From the NCBI GenBank assembly GCA_002633005.1, contig NMRA01000185.1, positions 597,297 through 661,296 on the forward strand: a DNA stretch of 64,000 bases, given 5' to 3'. This DNA comes from Phoronis australis. Taxonomy: Eukaryota > Animalia > Phoronida. A model generated the notes under the pieces. It did no database searches and had not been told where the DNA came from. It saw nothing but the letters and a program-made list of their open reading frames with translations. This document shows positions 1 through 60,082 of this stretch, piece after piece. Numbering within the stretch: the stretch's first letter is position 1; every line of letters starts with the position of its first letter. The translations under genes and the position numbers were made by a program.

Positions 1-108
1 TCTAATAGTACATGGGTGGCACCCAGCACTGAAAAAGTGGGGGAGCTATAGCCTCACCCAGCTCCCTGTCACTGTCAGGCAATGATGTGTTGCCCATGTA
101 GTAGTATT

Positions 109-275
109 CAGGGGCAGATCTAGGATTTTTAGATAGGAGGGGGGGCAGGGCAGAGTATTATGCAGGATTTTACCCGTAAGATATTTGCACCCTGAAACTG
201 CCAAATGACTCAAATCTGGGAGTTTTAGGGGGGCCACGGGCTGGCCCCCTTGCCCCCACCCAAAATCCACCAATG
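109..275. mobile_element. Short non-autonomous DNA element (CAGGGGC(A/G)GATC-type termini); related copies at 50273-50412 and 57779-58000
   Basis: Shared GCCCTGCCCCCC..CTCAAAATCCTGGATCC end among the three loci (this copy is inverted). Confidence 0.55.
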
Positions 276-696
276 TGATCTTGTGATTTGATGTGAAATT
301 TCCTCCTAGCTCAGATGTATTTATTTCTGAGCTGATGTGGTGTCTTTGCTCTTTACCTTTTAAGCTGTGTAATCCATTGTTTTCATCAAACATGATGAGC
401 CTGTTCTACATGCTAACAACACACTTAAACAGCAATATCTCTAGAAATCTAATCAAATTTTGTGTAATACATACCACCATGTTTGTCTCAATGAGACGAA
501 TCTTTTTATATGCAGCACATGTATATTCTTTTATTTTTTACAAAATTATGTAAAAAGGCAGATATTTTACGCATAATCGTAGCGTTTCAACGGCCATTTT
601 CTCATTAATTTTTGCACCATTTCATTTCTCACACCAAGGGCTTTTCAAAAATGTATGACCCATGGGTATTGTAAAAAAATTTAAAAATGTGCACCC

Positions 697-1303
697 TACC
701 TAAATATCGGACACCATGTTTCCCCATCCGCCATACCGCGGAAAGCTGACTAACCAAGTAATGACCGCGGGCAACTTGTAGCCAAATTTCAACTCGAGTG
801 TTTTGACATATATGCTGCTAGATCATAGCTCCATTGGCAACAAAATTATACATAAAATGAAATCTGATGACGACTCCAACTCGTTTCGATGTATCAGTGC
901 AGACGACTAAAGCACGTGCAAACTCACTGCAGTTTTTCATATCTTTTTGCCTTCTTGATATGACACCTGCACGTGCGTGGCCAGGGTTTGACTTGAGATC
1001 AAAAACAAATGAAACAGTGACATATTGTCAGTATGAGGAGATGATTTCATTTTGGAAAAAGAATTAGTTTTCAACTTTTATAACCGATTGGTGTGATGGC
1101 CCATTTCAGGCCGACTTGGGGGTATAAATTGCACTCTCTCTCGTTGAAATCAAAACGAGGCAACGCTGTAAAAAACAAGAGGGTGCCGAGCCTTGAATGC
1201 ATTATAGCGGAACAAAAATTGGTGTCATTTAATTCTCAGATTAATGTTTCAAGAGAGATTTTATGAAATGTCCGATATTTAGGCTTCGTCCGATAATTAG
1301 GTA
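697..1303. mobile_element. MITE with inverted TACCTAAATATCGGAC ends
   Basis: tacctaaatatcggaca at 697 versus tgtccgatatttagg and gtccgataattaggta at 1269-1303. Confidence 0.55.
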
Positions 1304-3110
1304 CACTATGTGTAGTTACAATGCTTCCCATCGCTTTCTCTACTAATTTCGTCCCGTGTATTTTAAACGGGTGGTAGGCGAAATCCACTCACCCAGTAAG
1401 AGTTTTCACTTCGTCAAAAATACATTCTACACTTAAAACTATCACTAAAAAAGCACTTACTTTCTTCATTTAGTTCAGTGGTCCTTTCTGCTTTTACAGT
1501 TCTATACCTATCTTCCATGAAGTGAAGCATAGCTACGACAATTGGTTTCAATACCGCTTAATTCACAAAATATTACCAACTAATAATTATTTACCACAGT
1601 TTAAAATGAAAATGCTCTTTCTGTGGTGAACACAGTGAAACTTTTCTCCATCTCTTTTGGGAATGTCGTCTTGTCTGCAGTTTTTGGCTCCTGTTTGCTG
1701 AGTGGTTAAAACAAACATCATATAAATTTTCATGTGGACAAGATAGTGTTTTTTGATTTTTTGGGAAACATTCAGTGGGAAAATTGTAGTATTAATCTGT
1801 TGATCATTTTAGCAAAAATTACATATTTAGCCAAAAGTTTGTTTAAAAAAACCTTAATTTCCAATTGTTCATTAACTTTATTAAATTACGTCCTGAAGGA
1901 AATACGGTACTTGTTGACTAATGATTTAATGTTATTCTTTGTAAACAATGTATACTGTATTGTTTTATGTGACATGTATTTATCATGCTAGAGCAAAATA
2001 AAAATATGAAAAAAAAATTAAGGTGACTTTGACGAAGAAATTCCAACTCTACTTTTGTGGTCACCATTAACTTTTTCACCTTGCCCGGTAACCTGCGGCA
2101 TTCAGTATGATGTAATTGCCTAAGAAATTGATGCAAAGAGAAACAAGGCTGTGAGTGCTTTTATCTGGAGTGTCGCAATATTGGGTACTTCACGATTACA
2201 GTGGAGGTCAACTAAATGTTTAAATGGAAAAGGTGGTATTGGCAATTATTTACAATATGATGGCTTGACTTAACATATGATTTTGGTGGATCGTTCGATT
2301 CCTGACAACGTTATCTTTCCAAAAATAATGGAAATTTCTCCTACCGTGTTCACTTACTGCCTTGGTATTTCATCGTAAAATTTCTGCTCGCACTATTTCC
2401 CGGTACTCGGTAGTAATACTGCCATATTGAATGGAAGGAGTCACCTGGCAGTCAAAAACTGAACTACTCTACAGACTTTTTGCTGATCGTCGCTTTTCAT
2501 AAGTCCAAACTGATCGAAACCCGTCTATCCCCTGCCCAAGTTACAGTCCCAAGGGTTCGAATTCGATCCTATGGTGACCCTAGCACGCATCTGCTAGCGA
2601 GAATCCGCGAAAAAAGCGGAGGTTGTTTTTGAGGTCCGAATTGGTGAAAATGGTATCACTTCTGAGAATTTCATGGAAAAATGGTCACAATTCTAAGAAA
2701 AATGTTGGAAAAAGGTGAAATGCTGCTCCTTGTTCCTGCATGTTATGTCATGAAAACTTTAGCGGGAATTTCACGCAGGCAAATACCATTTAGAATTTAT
2801 GATGCTGTTTCATTCATTAACAGCTGGTGTCGCTGCAAACTTGAGTTGAGCTAACATGGCGGTGTCAACCAGGAAATAATGCGAACAGAACTTCAACGAT
2901 AAAATACCGTGCAAAGGTGGTAGTGAATACATTCATATATTTTTGAAAAAATAATGTTGCAAGGAATCGAACGATACCAAAATCATGTGTGTATGCCAAT
3001 GTCGTCATATTGTAAACAATTAATCAAGATACTTTTAAAGTTTGTTAGAAAGATGGCTAGTGATCATGTTGTGGAAGTGCCTACGTCTATGGGCAATTGC
3101 CTGGCACTGG

Positions 3111-3217
3111 TTGGATATGGCGGTCCCTGATTTAGAGAACCAGTTTCGTCCACTAAGTAACGGGCCCGTTATTCAGTGATTGCCTGGTTCTCTAAAATCA
3201 GGGTCCACTATATCTGA
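3111..3217. repeat. Palindromic short element (related copy at 12796-12892)
   Basis: Arms ..ccctgatttagagaaccag / ctggttctctaaaatcaggg.., centre taacgggcccgtta. Confidence 0.65.
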
Positions 3218-3227
3218 CCATTGCCTT

Positions 3228-3515
3228 TGCCTATTAGCTGAATGGTTAGCACGCTTGCCAGTTTTATCGGGGTCGCTGGTTCGATTCCCGGTTCACGTAA
3301 ACTCTGCTATTTCTACAACTGGCATACTTGCCAAAATGGATGCTATAGCTCAAGGAAGCACTGCCAACTCAGGGTCCTGTGGACGTCGTACAGGGCACAA
3401 TTGGTGTGAACACACAAGAGAGCGTTGCTGAAGACAAATTCTAGGACACAGGGTAGAGTGTTGCTGGGATCTGCATGTGAATCTGTAAGTGGCTATTGCC
3501 GAGAAATGGGTAATA
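3228..3515 (+). mobile_element. tRNA-derived SINE (Pol III A/B boxes); 3' boundary approximate
   Basis: A-box tagctgaatggttagc and B-box ggttcgattccc, with no complete cloverleaf. Confidence 0.55.
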
Positions 3516-4261
3516 TTCAAAATGACTGAAAATGGTTGATGACGATTGGCCATGTAACTGATCCATAGAAGTCATTTTGAGCAACTCACCTACTTGCTGC
3601 ATAAGTGATGTTTAAAAGGTTTTCAGTGGTTATTGAAGATGAAGATAATTTGGCTACGATATTCGATGGTTGACTATTGCCTTTACTGTTTTGCTTTTAG
3701 GCCCAAAAGCTGAGCAAGAAGAGTGTTTTTGAGAAGTCAACGGGTAATCTGCTGTACAGCTTGTCTACTAAACTGAAGGCTCAAATCAAAGATATGAGAA
3801 GTATGTTAGTAGAANGCTTGCCAGTTTTATCGGGGTCGCTGGTTCGATTCCCGGTTCACGTGAACTCTGCTATTTCTACAACTAGCATACTTGCCAAAAT
3901 GGATGCTATAGCTCGAGGAAGCACTGCCAACTCAGGGTCCTGTGGACCTCGTACAGGGCACAATTGGTGTGAATACGCAAGAGAGCGTTGCTGAAGACAA
4001 ATTCTAGGACACAGGGTAGGGTGTTGCTGGGATCTGCATGTGAATCTGTAAGTGGCTATTGCCGAGAAATGGGTAATATTCAAAATGACTGAAAATGGTT
4101 GATGACGATTGGCCATGTAACTGATCCATAGAAGTCATTTTGAGCAACTCACCTACTTGCTGCATAAGTGATGTTTAAAAGAAGGTTTTCAGTGGTAAGA
4201 TGAAGATAATTTGGCTACGATATTCGATGGTTGACTATTGCCTTTACTGTTTTGCTTTTAG

Positions 4262-50665
<46,404 letters not shown>

Positions 50666-52735
50666 TGTCTGTTAACAAACCTCGCCCATTCTGGCATGGA
50701 GGACTTGTAAACAGTGCCAAGAGAAGTTGTCTTATCACAGAACTGTTGCAGGGAGCTGAGACATTTAGCCTTATGTGGAATGGGTTTCTTTACAGATCTG
50801 TTGTTCACACTGTCTTCTATAGGTCAAGGGTCAATGCTGGTGTGACATCTGTTAGTTGGCATCTGTTTTGTTGCAGAGGATGAAGTGAAGTTTTGGGTGG
50901 GTTAGAATATTAAATAAGTGTTCAGTGAAACATCCTGATGTGCAGTGCAGCACCAGTACGATGTATAATCTCACTAATTTCGGACAAAAACAATTGCTAA
51001 AATTGCTCTTTTTACCACAATACTGGAATTGTTAAATTAAACTGATAACCCCTTAAAATGTTAAGAATTCTGCTTTCAAATTAGGTTCAACCAGTGTCTT
51101 CATATTTTTACAGTGCAAATTACTAAACAGATTTGGCAAACAAATGAAATTTTGTTATTATATAGTTTTTCATATAAAATGCAGTAGTGGGTTGACCATG
51201 TTCAAGCTGTGTACCAGGGCTGTAGTTAGACAATGCTGTGGGAAATACTGGGCTTTCAGTTTTTATCCAAATCAGTGTGTTTTACCTTACTGGATAAGAG
51301 TTTGAAAATGTCTCAGGCGCCCAGTAATTATGGTTATGGGCAGCTTCTGTTGATAAAATAAATTATATTTCCACAAGTACTTGCGTTGTTTGTCATGAAA
51401 ACTGGGTTTTATGCTCAGTAATGCCAATCACATTCACTGGACTTCGTACATCATAATTGCATAATCTGTAGATTTGAACAAAAATTGTGCGCCTCATTTA
51501 ATTCTTATTATTATGACCGGTGATTATTTAGTTAGGTGAGTGGTTTGGTTGACTGGTGGGTCATTATGTGGGGTGTCCGTGAGGATTCCTCAATACAGCA
51601 GAAGTGTTATTAAAACCAATTTCTGTGTTACCAGCAGTGAAAACTTTCTCTGTAGTGTTTCACTCTGCAGTGTCTGCAAATGAAGACCTGTCTTGATGAC
51701 TCATTGATATCTGGATGTTGCCTTTGTGTCCCTGCACCTAACCCAAATACAACACCTTAAATCAACTGATTTCGTATTAAATTACCAAATATATTCTGGG
51801 ATAGGGCTGAACCTTTGTAACAAATTTACAAACAGGGTTTTACACTGTTGAAACATTACATAAACAAACGCACAATAAGGAACTCCTAAATCGGAGGTCA
51901 TCACAAAATATTTACAGTATTTGGCAATAGGTTCTGGGACAGACTGTAATCGTTCTGAATGCAGTAGCAGTTTTAAGCAAAACTTCCACTTTCTCCAGTA
52001 ATATTTACACAAAAGTCCGTTTTACAGACAAAATCACGTGGACGAAGGGCACACATCTCTAGCACTATACTGTTGGAGGCAGTCCATATTTCCAGCAAGC
52101 ACGTTTTCTTGAAAAGAATGCGGTTCAATTCAGAGGCACCCTGGACCGACTTGATTTGGTTAGAAACGAGAAAATACAGTACTGTAATCCATTCAACACG
52201 AACTGCCTCCTTCCACTGAACAGCTCTCATAACTATTATTTATAACTAACATGTCCCTACATGTATGTTAAATCACACCACAGTTACCATTCAACACAAA
52301 TTAGATTAAACTACTTGTAAAAGTAGACCTTTTCAATTCAATAAATTTCGTGACTAGACATACTCGTTTATTTCTTTGCCGGTTCAAAGCGCGGAGAGAT
52401 ATTCGGATGTGCCACGGGACGTGCAGCACATGGGTTATCTTTTTCAAGGCCACATTATCCCCAAGGAAAAGTGCCCTTACTAAATAAATAGCCCACGTAA
52501 GGCTTAACTTTTTGGGTTGGACAGGTTCCCCATTTTTACACCAGAACTCCACAGGAAGTTTTACGTGTTTTGTTTAGGTTTGTTGCGTGACCAAGAGTTC
52601 AGTAAGGGACTTCGTTAAGATTTTGAGTTGTTGGGGTCCCCTACGGAAGGATTACATTTGGTAAAAACTCTCCACTTAAGGCCCCAGTTTTTCATAGAAG
52701 CTCTGAACAATTGGGTCCCTTTTATGAGTCACGCT

Positions 52736-52825
52736 TGGTCTCAAAAGGGGTATGGTTTCATGCTGCAGGCTTTAAGAAGGTGGTCTCAAAAGGGGTATGG
52801 TTTCATGCTGCAGGCTTTAAGAAGG
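52736..52825. repeat. Exact 45-bp tandem duplication
   Basis: tggtctcaaaaggggtatggtttcatgctgcaggctttaagaagg x2. Confidence 0.9.
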
Positions 52826-53437
52826 TGGGTAGGTTTAATTTCCCGGCGGCAAATACGGTCAAAAATGTAGCCTTCCGACTAGCTTTGATATAAAAATTTA
52901 AACACTGAAGTTACGGTTTTGAGCTCTCTAGAGTTGTTTACACAAATTAGTCGCCTGCTTAGTGTTGAAGTTCTAATAAATAATTTGACAGGCCTGACCA
53001 TATAAGGAGAGGGCGATCACTTCGTTATTAACAATAAGCCTGCTGTTTACTAACAAATACCTCAGAATGATGCGCCAAGCGTACTGACCAGATAACCTTA
53101 CCACTTATTACGTGACTAAAATGCCCGGAGCATTCATCTCCTTTGAACATGATTACACCTCAACATACCAACTGCTATTTACGGCATAACTCTCTCAAAT
53201 GCAACGGAATGAAGCGATTTTCGTGCATCGTCGCGAAATCCTGTGCGTAGTTTCTGGCGTTCTCTTGCGTGGATCTTGTGTTGAAGACCTTTCGAAAGTG
53301 TCTACATTGTTCATAACATTATGCAACAGGACAACACGAGGTAACATCTTCCACTACATGAACTGTCAACAGAAAATGCCTGAAGAGCCAGACTGTAGAC
53401 TACCGCCAATGGATTGGTCTAATGGCGCCACTTCACA

Positions 53438-56400
53438 TTAAATAGTCCTCCTTGCACTAAAGAGTATTACTAATAAGACGGTCCAGTGCGGCACAATACT
53501 CGTCTGGCCGCTGTACACGGAAAGATGTTTGCCTTCTGTGACTGATGAAGTCGTCTGGGCGGCAGTCGTGACCTTGAGAAAGAAATCGGAAAATACCTTG
53601 CGCATCAGATATTCTGAAAATGATCTGGCATTGCTGTATCAAACATCATGTGCACAAATATTGGTTGCTTGAAACCCTTGGGGGTTTTCGACTATATTTT
53701 CACAAGGGGTGTAGCTGGAGCTGTAGGAGAATTAAGGTAGAGTGCACTCTAAAAGGGGCCCATTTGGGAGGAGCTTGCACGAAAAAGTCACCCTGTCGAA
53801 GGATTTTGTGCCAGAAATACAACCCTTTTGAACGGGCTATAATTCTATTAACCTAAGCCTTTCGTAGTAAATCTTGGACAGCTGTTTATTTGTAGCCACA
53901 TCAAATCTGTACAGTAGGTACAAAAAGGAAATGCCTACGTCAGAAATGACAGAATACATCTTTTACGACTTACGTTTATTGATCATGTTAAAGCATTCTT
54001 TAGGGGAAATTCGAGCTCCCAAAATGAACCCATGAGAAAAGGCATCCTTTCGTGTAAGTCGCCCCTCTGAGCGCCATTTCCGTATAACCCTTCAACAGGA
54101 GAACCCCCGGGTTGAAACTGCCGACGACTCGTGTCTCCAGCTTGATTTTTCTCAGTCGTCCTGAAGTTACAAACTTGTCCGAATAATAGCGACCACGTGA
54201 CGCTTTTGTTGCTGAAACAATGTCCTACCTGGGCGTCTAACAAGTCACATCTGATGTCTCCCATATTAAGGGTTGGTCGCACAAGCGCATTCATGAGTTT
54301 GGCAGGTTCCTTTCCGCAGTTGACGCGAATGTTTTCTTCAATACACTCAACAGCTTCTGTGCCTGAGCTGCAAGAAGGCATGATTCTGTCTTCAAAACAC
54401 ACAAATTTCATGTGCACTTACTCAGTGCTGTAATGGGGCGTAGGCGCACGTTGGCGCAGCCAACCACCTTATGGGATTTGAACGTAGCGCCTACGCACTG
54501 TAAGTTACGTTCAGTGCTCAAGGTGATGCGGTGATCTTTGGGCGAGGCCTACTTACCTCTAATTTTACTACTACAGCACTGCACTTACTGCTAGATATAC
54601 ATAATTGACTGCGGCTCTAAGTGGTCGCAGCTGACGTTCATTCTTTCTGAAATGCGTCCTGGTAATTTTTTGACCCCTTGAGTTTAAAGTTTTCAACAAG
54701 GAAGTTTCACGTAAACTTAATTTAAAACTTTGTCTTCGATTCCAGCTTACAGCTTCCAAACGTTAACACGACATAAAAACTCTGGAGAAAATGTGTCAAA
54801 TGAACGCAAGGAGCTGTTGTCTTCTATCAAAACGTCAGAAACATCGTACTTGATACTCACTCACCTACAAATGTGTCTCATAGCGAACTGTTCACCGTTA
54901 TAGGCCCTGCTGAACGAGGTGGTCGTGTTTGCTGTATACGCGTTATAACATATGTCACTGGCCCTGGAGTGTTGATTTAAACACTGGTATTCTATGGCAT
55001 ACTCTGAAAATGGTCAATTGCAAAAATGAGCTACTTGTAAACTATTCTTTTTGTTTGTGAGTCCAGTGGATGATGCGAATTAGTGTAACTATAACATACA
55101 AATCTCAATGATTAATCGTTAGACTTTTCAACACGATTTTATCGACGTGTTCTTCTGAAGCTTACTCACCCAAAATATAGAAAACTGCAAAAATAACCGA
55201 CACAAACTGGAAGAAATCAGTAAAATGTTGGAACCTTTCCGATTAGTAGTATACGCGAAGTTTAGATGAAACAATTACGCCACTCAAAGATTCCGACTCC
55301 GAGTAAGAAGATTGAGAGCTCAGACTTTCAGTAGTGTTCAGTTAGTTGAATGCATTCGCAGTTTGTCTGCCCCTGACTGCCGACTTCACTAATGTCATCT
55401 TGTGGCGTTATAAGGGATCACGTGATTGATCTCCACCGCACAATTTAAGACCTTGGTTATCAATACCGTAATAATGGTGCTCATTAATTGCAAAAACGCA
55501 GTCTGAAATTTGCTATCAGATAACAAACTTCAACATTTTGTAACATATAAAATTGACCTGAGTGAATGTTCTTGTAGTCGTAGTTTAACCACGTTGTAGC
55601 TTGTAATTAACCTAATCACAGGCAATATACACAAAGTAAATAATAATTAAAATGTTTATTTTAAATCTGCGTGGATAGGTGCAACAAAAGAACAATTAGC
55701 ACAAGTGCCGGTTAGCGACAGAGAGTTATAAAAGAACACATACAGAAAGAACATAATGTAGTAAGTAAGCACAGTCAGAATCCCAATGATTGTCAATATG
55801 AAGCAAAACTAACATGACATTACGTCGGGTGCAGTTCTGACACTCACAGTTTTCCCAAAGAAAAGTTGAAACCACGTACGTACTCGTCCGGGTTACCGCC
55901 CATGTTCGGCTTACCGCCCACCCCCGAAATTTTCAATTTTTCATTTTTAAGCGCCCATGCTCGGCTTACCGCCCATCCCACGCTATTTTAGATTTCCAAT
56001 TTAAGCGCGGACGATTACGGTACTTAAGTTTTTTCGAGTCATTGCAACATCTACTTGATACAGGCAAGTTGTTCCCGATAGAGAAGCACCTCGATTGTGT
56101 ATGGAGTTTAACCAAATCTGGAGACATAGTATGGCATTATGATTATTTTTAATAAATTAAAAGCTACATAGCTTCCGACGATGAAAAGCAGACCAGTTTT
56201 CTGCAAAATGCGACAGCTGTGCCCTCGAAAAACCGCATGCCATTTGAACAAAACAATATGCAGATTTAGTCATTCGTTTGGGCTGGAAAGTAAAAATCTC
56301 TTCTGTAGCTATAAGTTTGACATTGAAAGGTTAATTAGAACTTACTTTCGATAAATCCTGGTTCGAAGCAAATTCCATGTATGCCCACCACGCCATCCAA

Positions 56401-59400
56401 GTTCGCATGTAGAGTTTTGCTGACGCTGGGTGAACAGTTTTCTTGTAGTTTTGTAAAACAGGAGGCCATCTTAGAAAATTCACTATAAGAGACAAGGAAA
56501 ACAATTTATTCCGTACGCGGTGAATCTGTCGAGGGAAATACGGCCATGTAATATAGTTTTCCGTATTCACCTCCAGCTACTTCAACAGTGACCTCTGACA
56601 TGGAAAGTTCAAAAAGGTAGATCAATGTCGACTCGACGTCGTTAGCCGGTTCGATCACCAAACTTTCAGAAAATAGTTTAAAGTAATACATTTATAGCAG
56701 TGTAAATAACGCTCAACATACAATCAGGTCTCAATCGTAACATCTGGAACTTAGCTAAGACAAATCCTTAATTTAAGTAAATTTTACGTTAAAATAAAAG
56801 TTAAATTTGTCTCGAAACCAATTCAAGAAAGAGATCTCAAGTTTGACTTAAGTGTGTGACATAATTTTTGTCCTAATTTCGACTAACTTACCGAACGTGG
56901 AAGTTTCAAAATTAGGAATTTAAGAAAAACCTTAAACTTAAGTCAAAAATGAACTTAAGTCAGGTTCTTGGAACAGGACCCAGGATTGTTAATTATATGA
57001 CACTTCTGTCTCAGTTTTCATGCGCGCAGCCAGCCTTCACTATGGGGGCTCGAATTCCTAACGTTGAGGACCTTTTGGAAACAAAATAGCCGGCGGACTA
57101 AGAAAAAAAAAAAAAAAAAAACGGGCGCACCACTGTGAGTTGCGCGTTTGTGCTTGTTTAGTGGACTTTTATCTTATTTTCTCGGACTTTTTGTTTCTCG
57201 CAAGCGGACTTTTTTACCCACTTCGCCAAATGGGGGGCTCGAATGAGCCCCCCTCCCCCTGGGTGAGCGCATGGTTTTCATTTGCTAAACATCTTATCGT
57301 CTTCAACTCAGGCGCGGATTCCTCGGTAACTACAGTATCAAATGTTGTTATTTAACTATTTTCAGGAGATGATACAAGTTCAATGAAAAGTTACCCTTGT
57401 TTTCATCTTTGTTATCTCTTTTCAAGTAATAAAACGTCACATTAAAATCTGTTTCTTTTACTAGAGAAAATTTGAAGCCTAACGCGCAAGAACCTACATA
57501 TAGGATGTAATCCGCCACGTGAACAGTCTGAGTGAAGTATTTAAAAAATCTGCGGAAAAACGAAAGAAGCTTAGGAATTCGAAGCGTAAGGTATAAATAC
57601 AAAACGTACTTCGAGTAGCGTAGTACATGAAGTAATATCCCACGAGACATTATTCCTCGTGTCGACCTCGGCAGAAAACACTTCACTGATGAATGGCGCG
57701 GATAAGACTGCACAAAAAGGTAAGTGCATAGCAGACGAAAGATGAACAACAAAATATACATATTTTAAAAGCACCATACAGTGGCGGATTTGCAACCGGG
57801 GGACTCGGGGGGTGAATAAACAATGTATAGGCCTTGAACAAACCCCGTTTTGCCTTTTTTTTAGTCAACAGGTCCGAAAACCCAAAAATTCGAGACCCCT
57901 GCATCCCCAGATTTTTAGGCTGGGTTCGCGCATCTGCCGAAATTCTGCTTATTCCTGTGCCCTGCCCCCCCCCCAACTCAAAATCCTGGATCCGCTCCTG
58001 CCATACATGGCTGTGCGTTTTGAACTTAAATGAGCGTGAATATGTGTTGCCCATCTCAAATTGGGCAACAATTATGTGCACTGTGAAGACAAGAAGGTTA
58101 AAATTATTATATTAGAGGGCTGTTTCCAAAATTATCCATGCGTAAAATTGTAAATATTTACTTCACGTCTAGGCATGTTCATACTTCGTGGGCACACCAA
58201 CTAAATCTACGTAACCGGTGTTTACGAAGTGGACCGCCAATTACCGCACGTGTTATGAATTAGTCTGTCTTATAATAAGCACCTAATAACGCCGAGTACA
58301 GAGCTGAACGTCTTGTCCTACAAGACTAATTGAATTAAATAGGATCGCTGGTTAATATTTACAGGATTGACACAGTCGGAGTTACGTGCTACGATACTCC
58401 AGGACTCGGAACACATAGTGGTGTTAATTCGCATGTTTAGCGATGACGTATACGCCATTAATATGACGCAATTTGGGCCCACCAATAGGAACAGAAATGC
58501 ACAAGCATGTCACACTTTGAACAGTTTTGTCGGTCTTTATTACAATTCAGGTAACTACGGAGGTAATTTAGCTCTTGATTTTTTTACAAAATTATTTTTG
58601 GATTAATCTATAGATGCTGTCAGAAAGGTTGCAGCCATTGTTTGAAGTGATTACCATTGTCCCTGGCCAGGTAATAATTTTCGAACTATTTAAAAAATCC
58701 AGCGCTAAATCTGGCCTAATTATCACTATTTTTAATTTTGACATTTTGATTTTATTTGGCAGTAAAATGACGTCAAACTAAACAAGGATAAAATGAAAAC
58801 ACCCAACACAGCATCGAAACGCTATACATACATGTAGGTGCCCTGTCACACCTGAACGATTAGGCCAGCGTATGCTGACTTGTCAAATTTGTCTAAAATG
58901 CTGACATACGCCGAACTTGCGATATTTTTCAGGCGTGGAGATGTCTGTTGCATATTCGTAACGATTGAGCTGGACGTAGCAATAAACATGGCAATATATA
59001 GCGACATTACCGAGACAAGCGCAGTATCAACGTCACCGTGATGACGAAAGAAAACTTACAATGTTGCGAAGAATGCTCATGGTCGTGGCAGTGGGCATGG
59101 ATGTGTACACAGGGGACGCACTATCACCCTTACGATCATTTTCATACCATACAATTTTCAAACATGTGAAGTAATTTCTGTGGTCGTCGACATTAGTTCA
59201 CTTGTAGACGGCGTTAATCATAGCTTAAAAATATGTTTTGGAAACGGTAGACATTTACGTCGACGCATTTTCACATGCAAGTTACGTGTGTGAACGCGTG
59301 TGTCAGCAATCATATTACTCACCTGCAACGAACGGAGGCCTGGGACGTTTGGGCCAAACGCAAGGACGCATATTTTCACCATGTATGCGTACTACGACGT

Positions 59401-60082
59401 GTGCTCACAAAATGTACGTAGAACGTTCATAATGACCTTTTTGACGTGCGCCAACGAAACTTTCTGTACGCTGCCATAGGCTGGCTAAAGACACGGTCAT
59501 ACGACACGGCGTTTGATAAATTGGCACAGCGTGTGCGAGCGTGGCGGAAATGTTTGCTTGATTCGCCAGAATACCGCGTTGAAGTCCGTTTAGCCGTTGC
59601 TTTGATACCGTCAGCTCCTTTGAGCCATACTAACATGAGTTTATTAAAAAGTCGAGAATTTCGAGCGAACGACGAGTTTTGCAAGTAACTTCCCTTGACT
59701 GCCGCTTAAATCGCCTACTGGTGTGACAGTTATCAGTGATAATAATCGCCATATGAACAGATTGAGAGCGAAACCTTTAGTTTTCCTGACAGGCTAAACA
59801 ATTAATCCATAAAGATTCCGTACACAGGTTCGGCAACGACCCACGAAAAAGATCGAGAATACTGAAATTCCAAGCGCGTCAGATGATCCGTGTGAACGCT
59901 TGCGTTTCTGTGGTAAATAGTAGTAGCTTACCTGCAAAGTTGCCGAAGTTCCTCGACGTCGATACCTGAGTACAGCCGCCCCCTGTTGGCCTCTATTGAC
60001 TGGTAGTATGAAGTGTAGCCTTCTGTACATCTTCTGGCCTTCTCGGCGACATTTCGCGGACATGCTCCAGCGGAATAAATCC
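53438..60082 (-). CDS. Uncharacterised Cys-rich secreted / putatively GPI-anchored protein with two 6-Cys domains; exons 60082-59932, 56482-56346, 55003-54865, 54367-54229, 53572-53438; signal-peptide exon not located
   Basis: Five GT-AG exons join in phase (1/2, 2/1, 1/2, 2/0, 0/stop) into an open frame with a repeated Cys pattern and a S/T-rich, hydrophobic C-terminus; the last acceptor (AAG) is less certain. Confidence 0.8.
54423..54581. mobile_element. 159-bp hAT MITE with 8-bp TSD CACTTACT (intronic)
   Basis: cacttact|cagtgctgta ... tacagcactg|cacttact. Confidence 0.85.
55879..56020. mobile_element. Short pogo/mariner-type MITE remnant related to 42351-43239
   Basis: cgtactcgtccg.. / ..cggacgattacgg|ta with TTACCGCCCA/TTAAGCGCCCA repeats. 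Confidence 0.6.
57779..58000. mobile_element. Short DNA element, CAG...CTG termini, 5-bp flanking duplication CCATA
   Basis: ccata|cagtggcggattt ... ggatccgctcctg|ccata. Confidence 0.7.
58843..59729. mobile_element. Possible Harbinger-type non-autonomous element
   Basis: ctgtcacacc ... ggtgtgacag inverted ends around a CpG-rich interior. Confidence 0.45.

Noticed and set aside
2852-2879. AACATGGCG as a possible QARS1 start codon / exon 1
   Set aside because: Frame closes after MAVSTRK and has no similarity to the GlnRS N-terminus; exon 1 is not found in the window
3228-3295. Functional tRNA gene (also considered for 14493-14565)
   Set aside because: A/B boxes are present but anticodon and T stems are imperfect; better explained as SINE heads
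54368-54590. hAT MITE apparently disrupting an exon of the Cys-rich gene
   Set aside because: The in-phase acceptor is at 54368-54370 (ccttcttgcag), so the MITE is intronic
55170-55240. Minus-strand hydrophobic stretch FFQFVSVIFAVFYILG with a phase-1 donor (alternative signal exon?)
   Set aside because: No in-frame ATG or convincing acceptor; an in-frame stop lies immediately upstream
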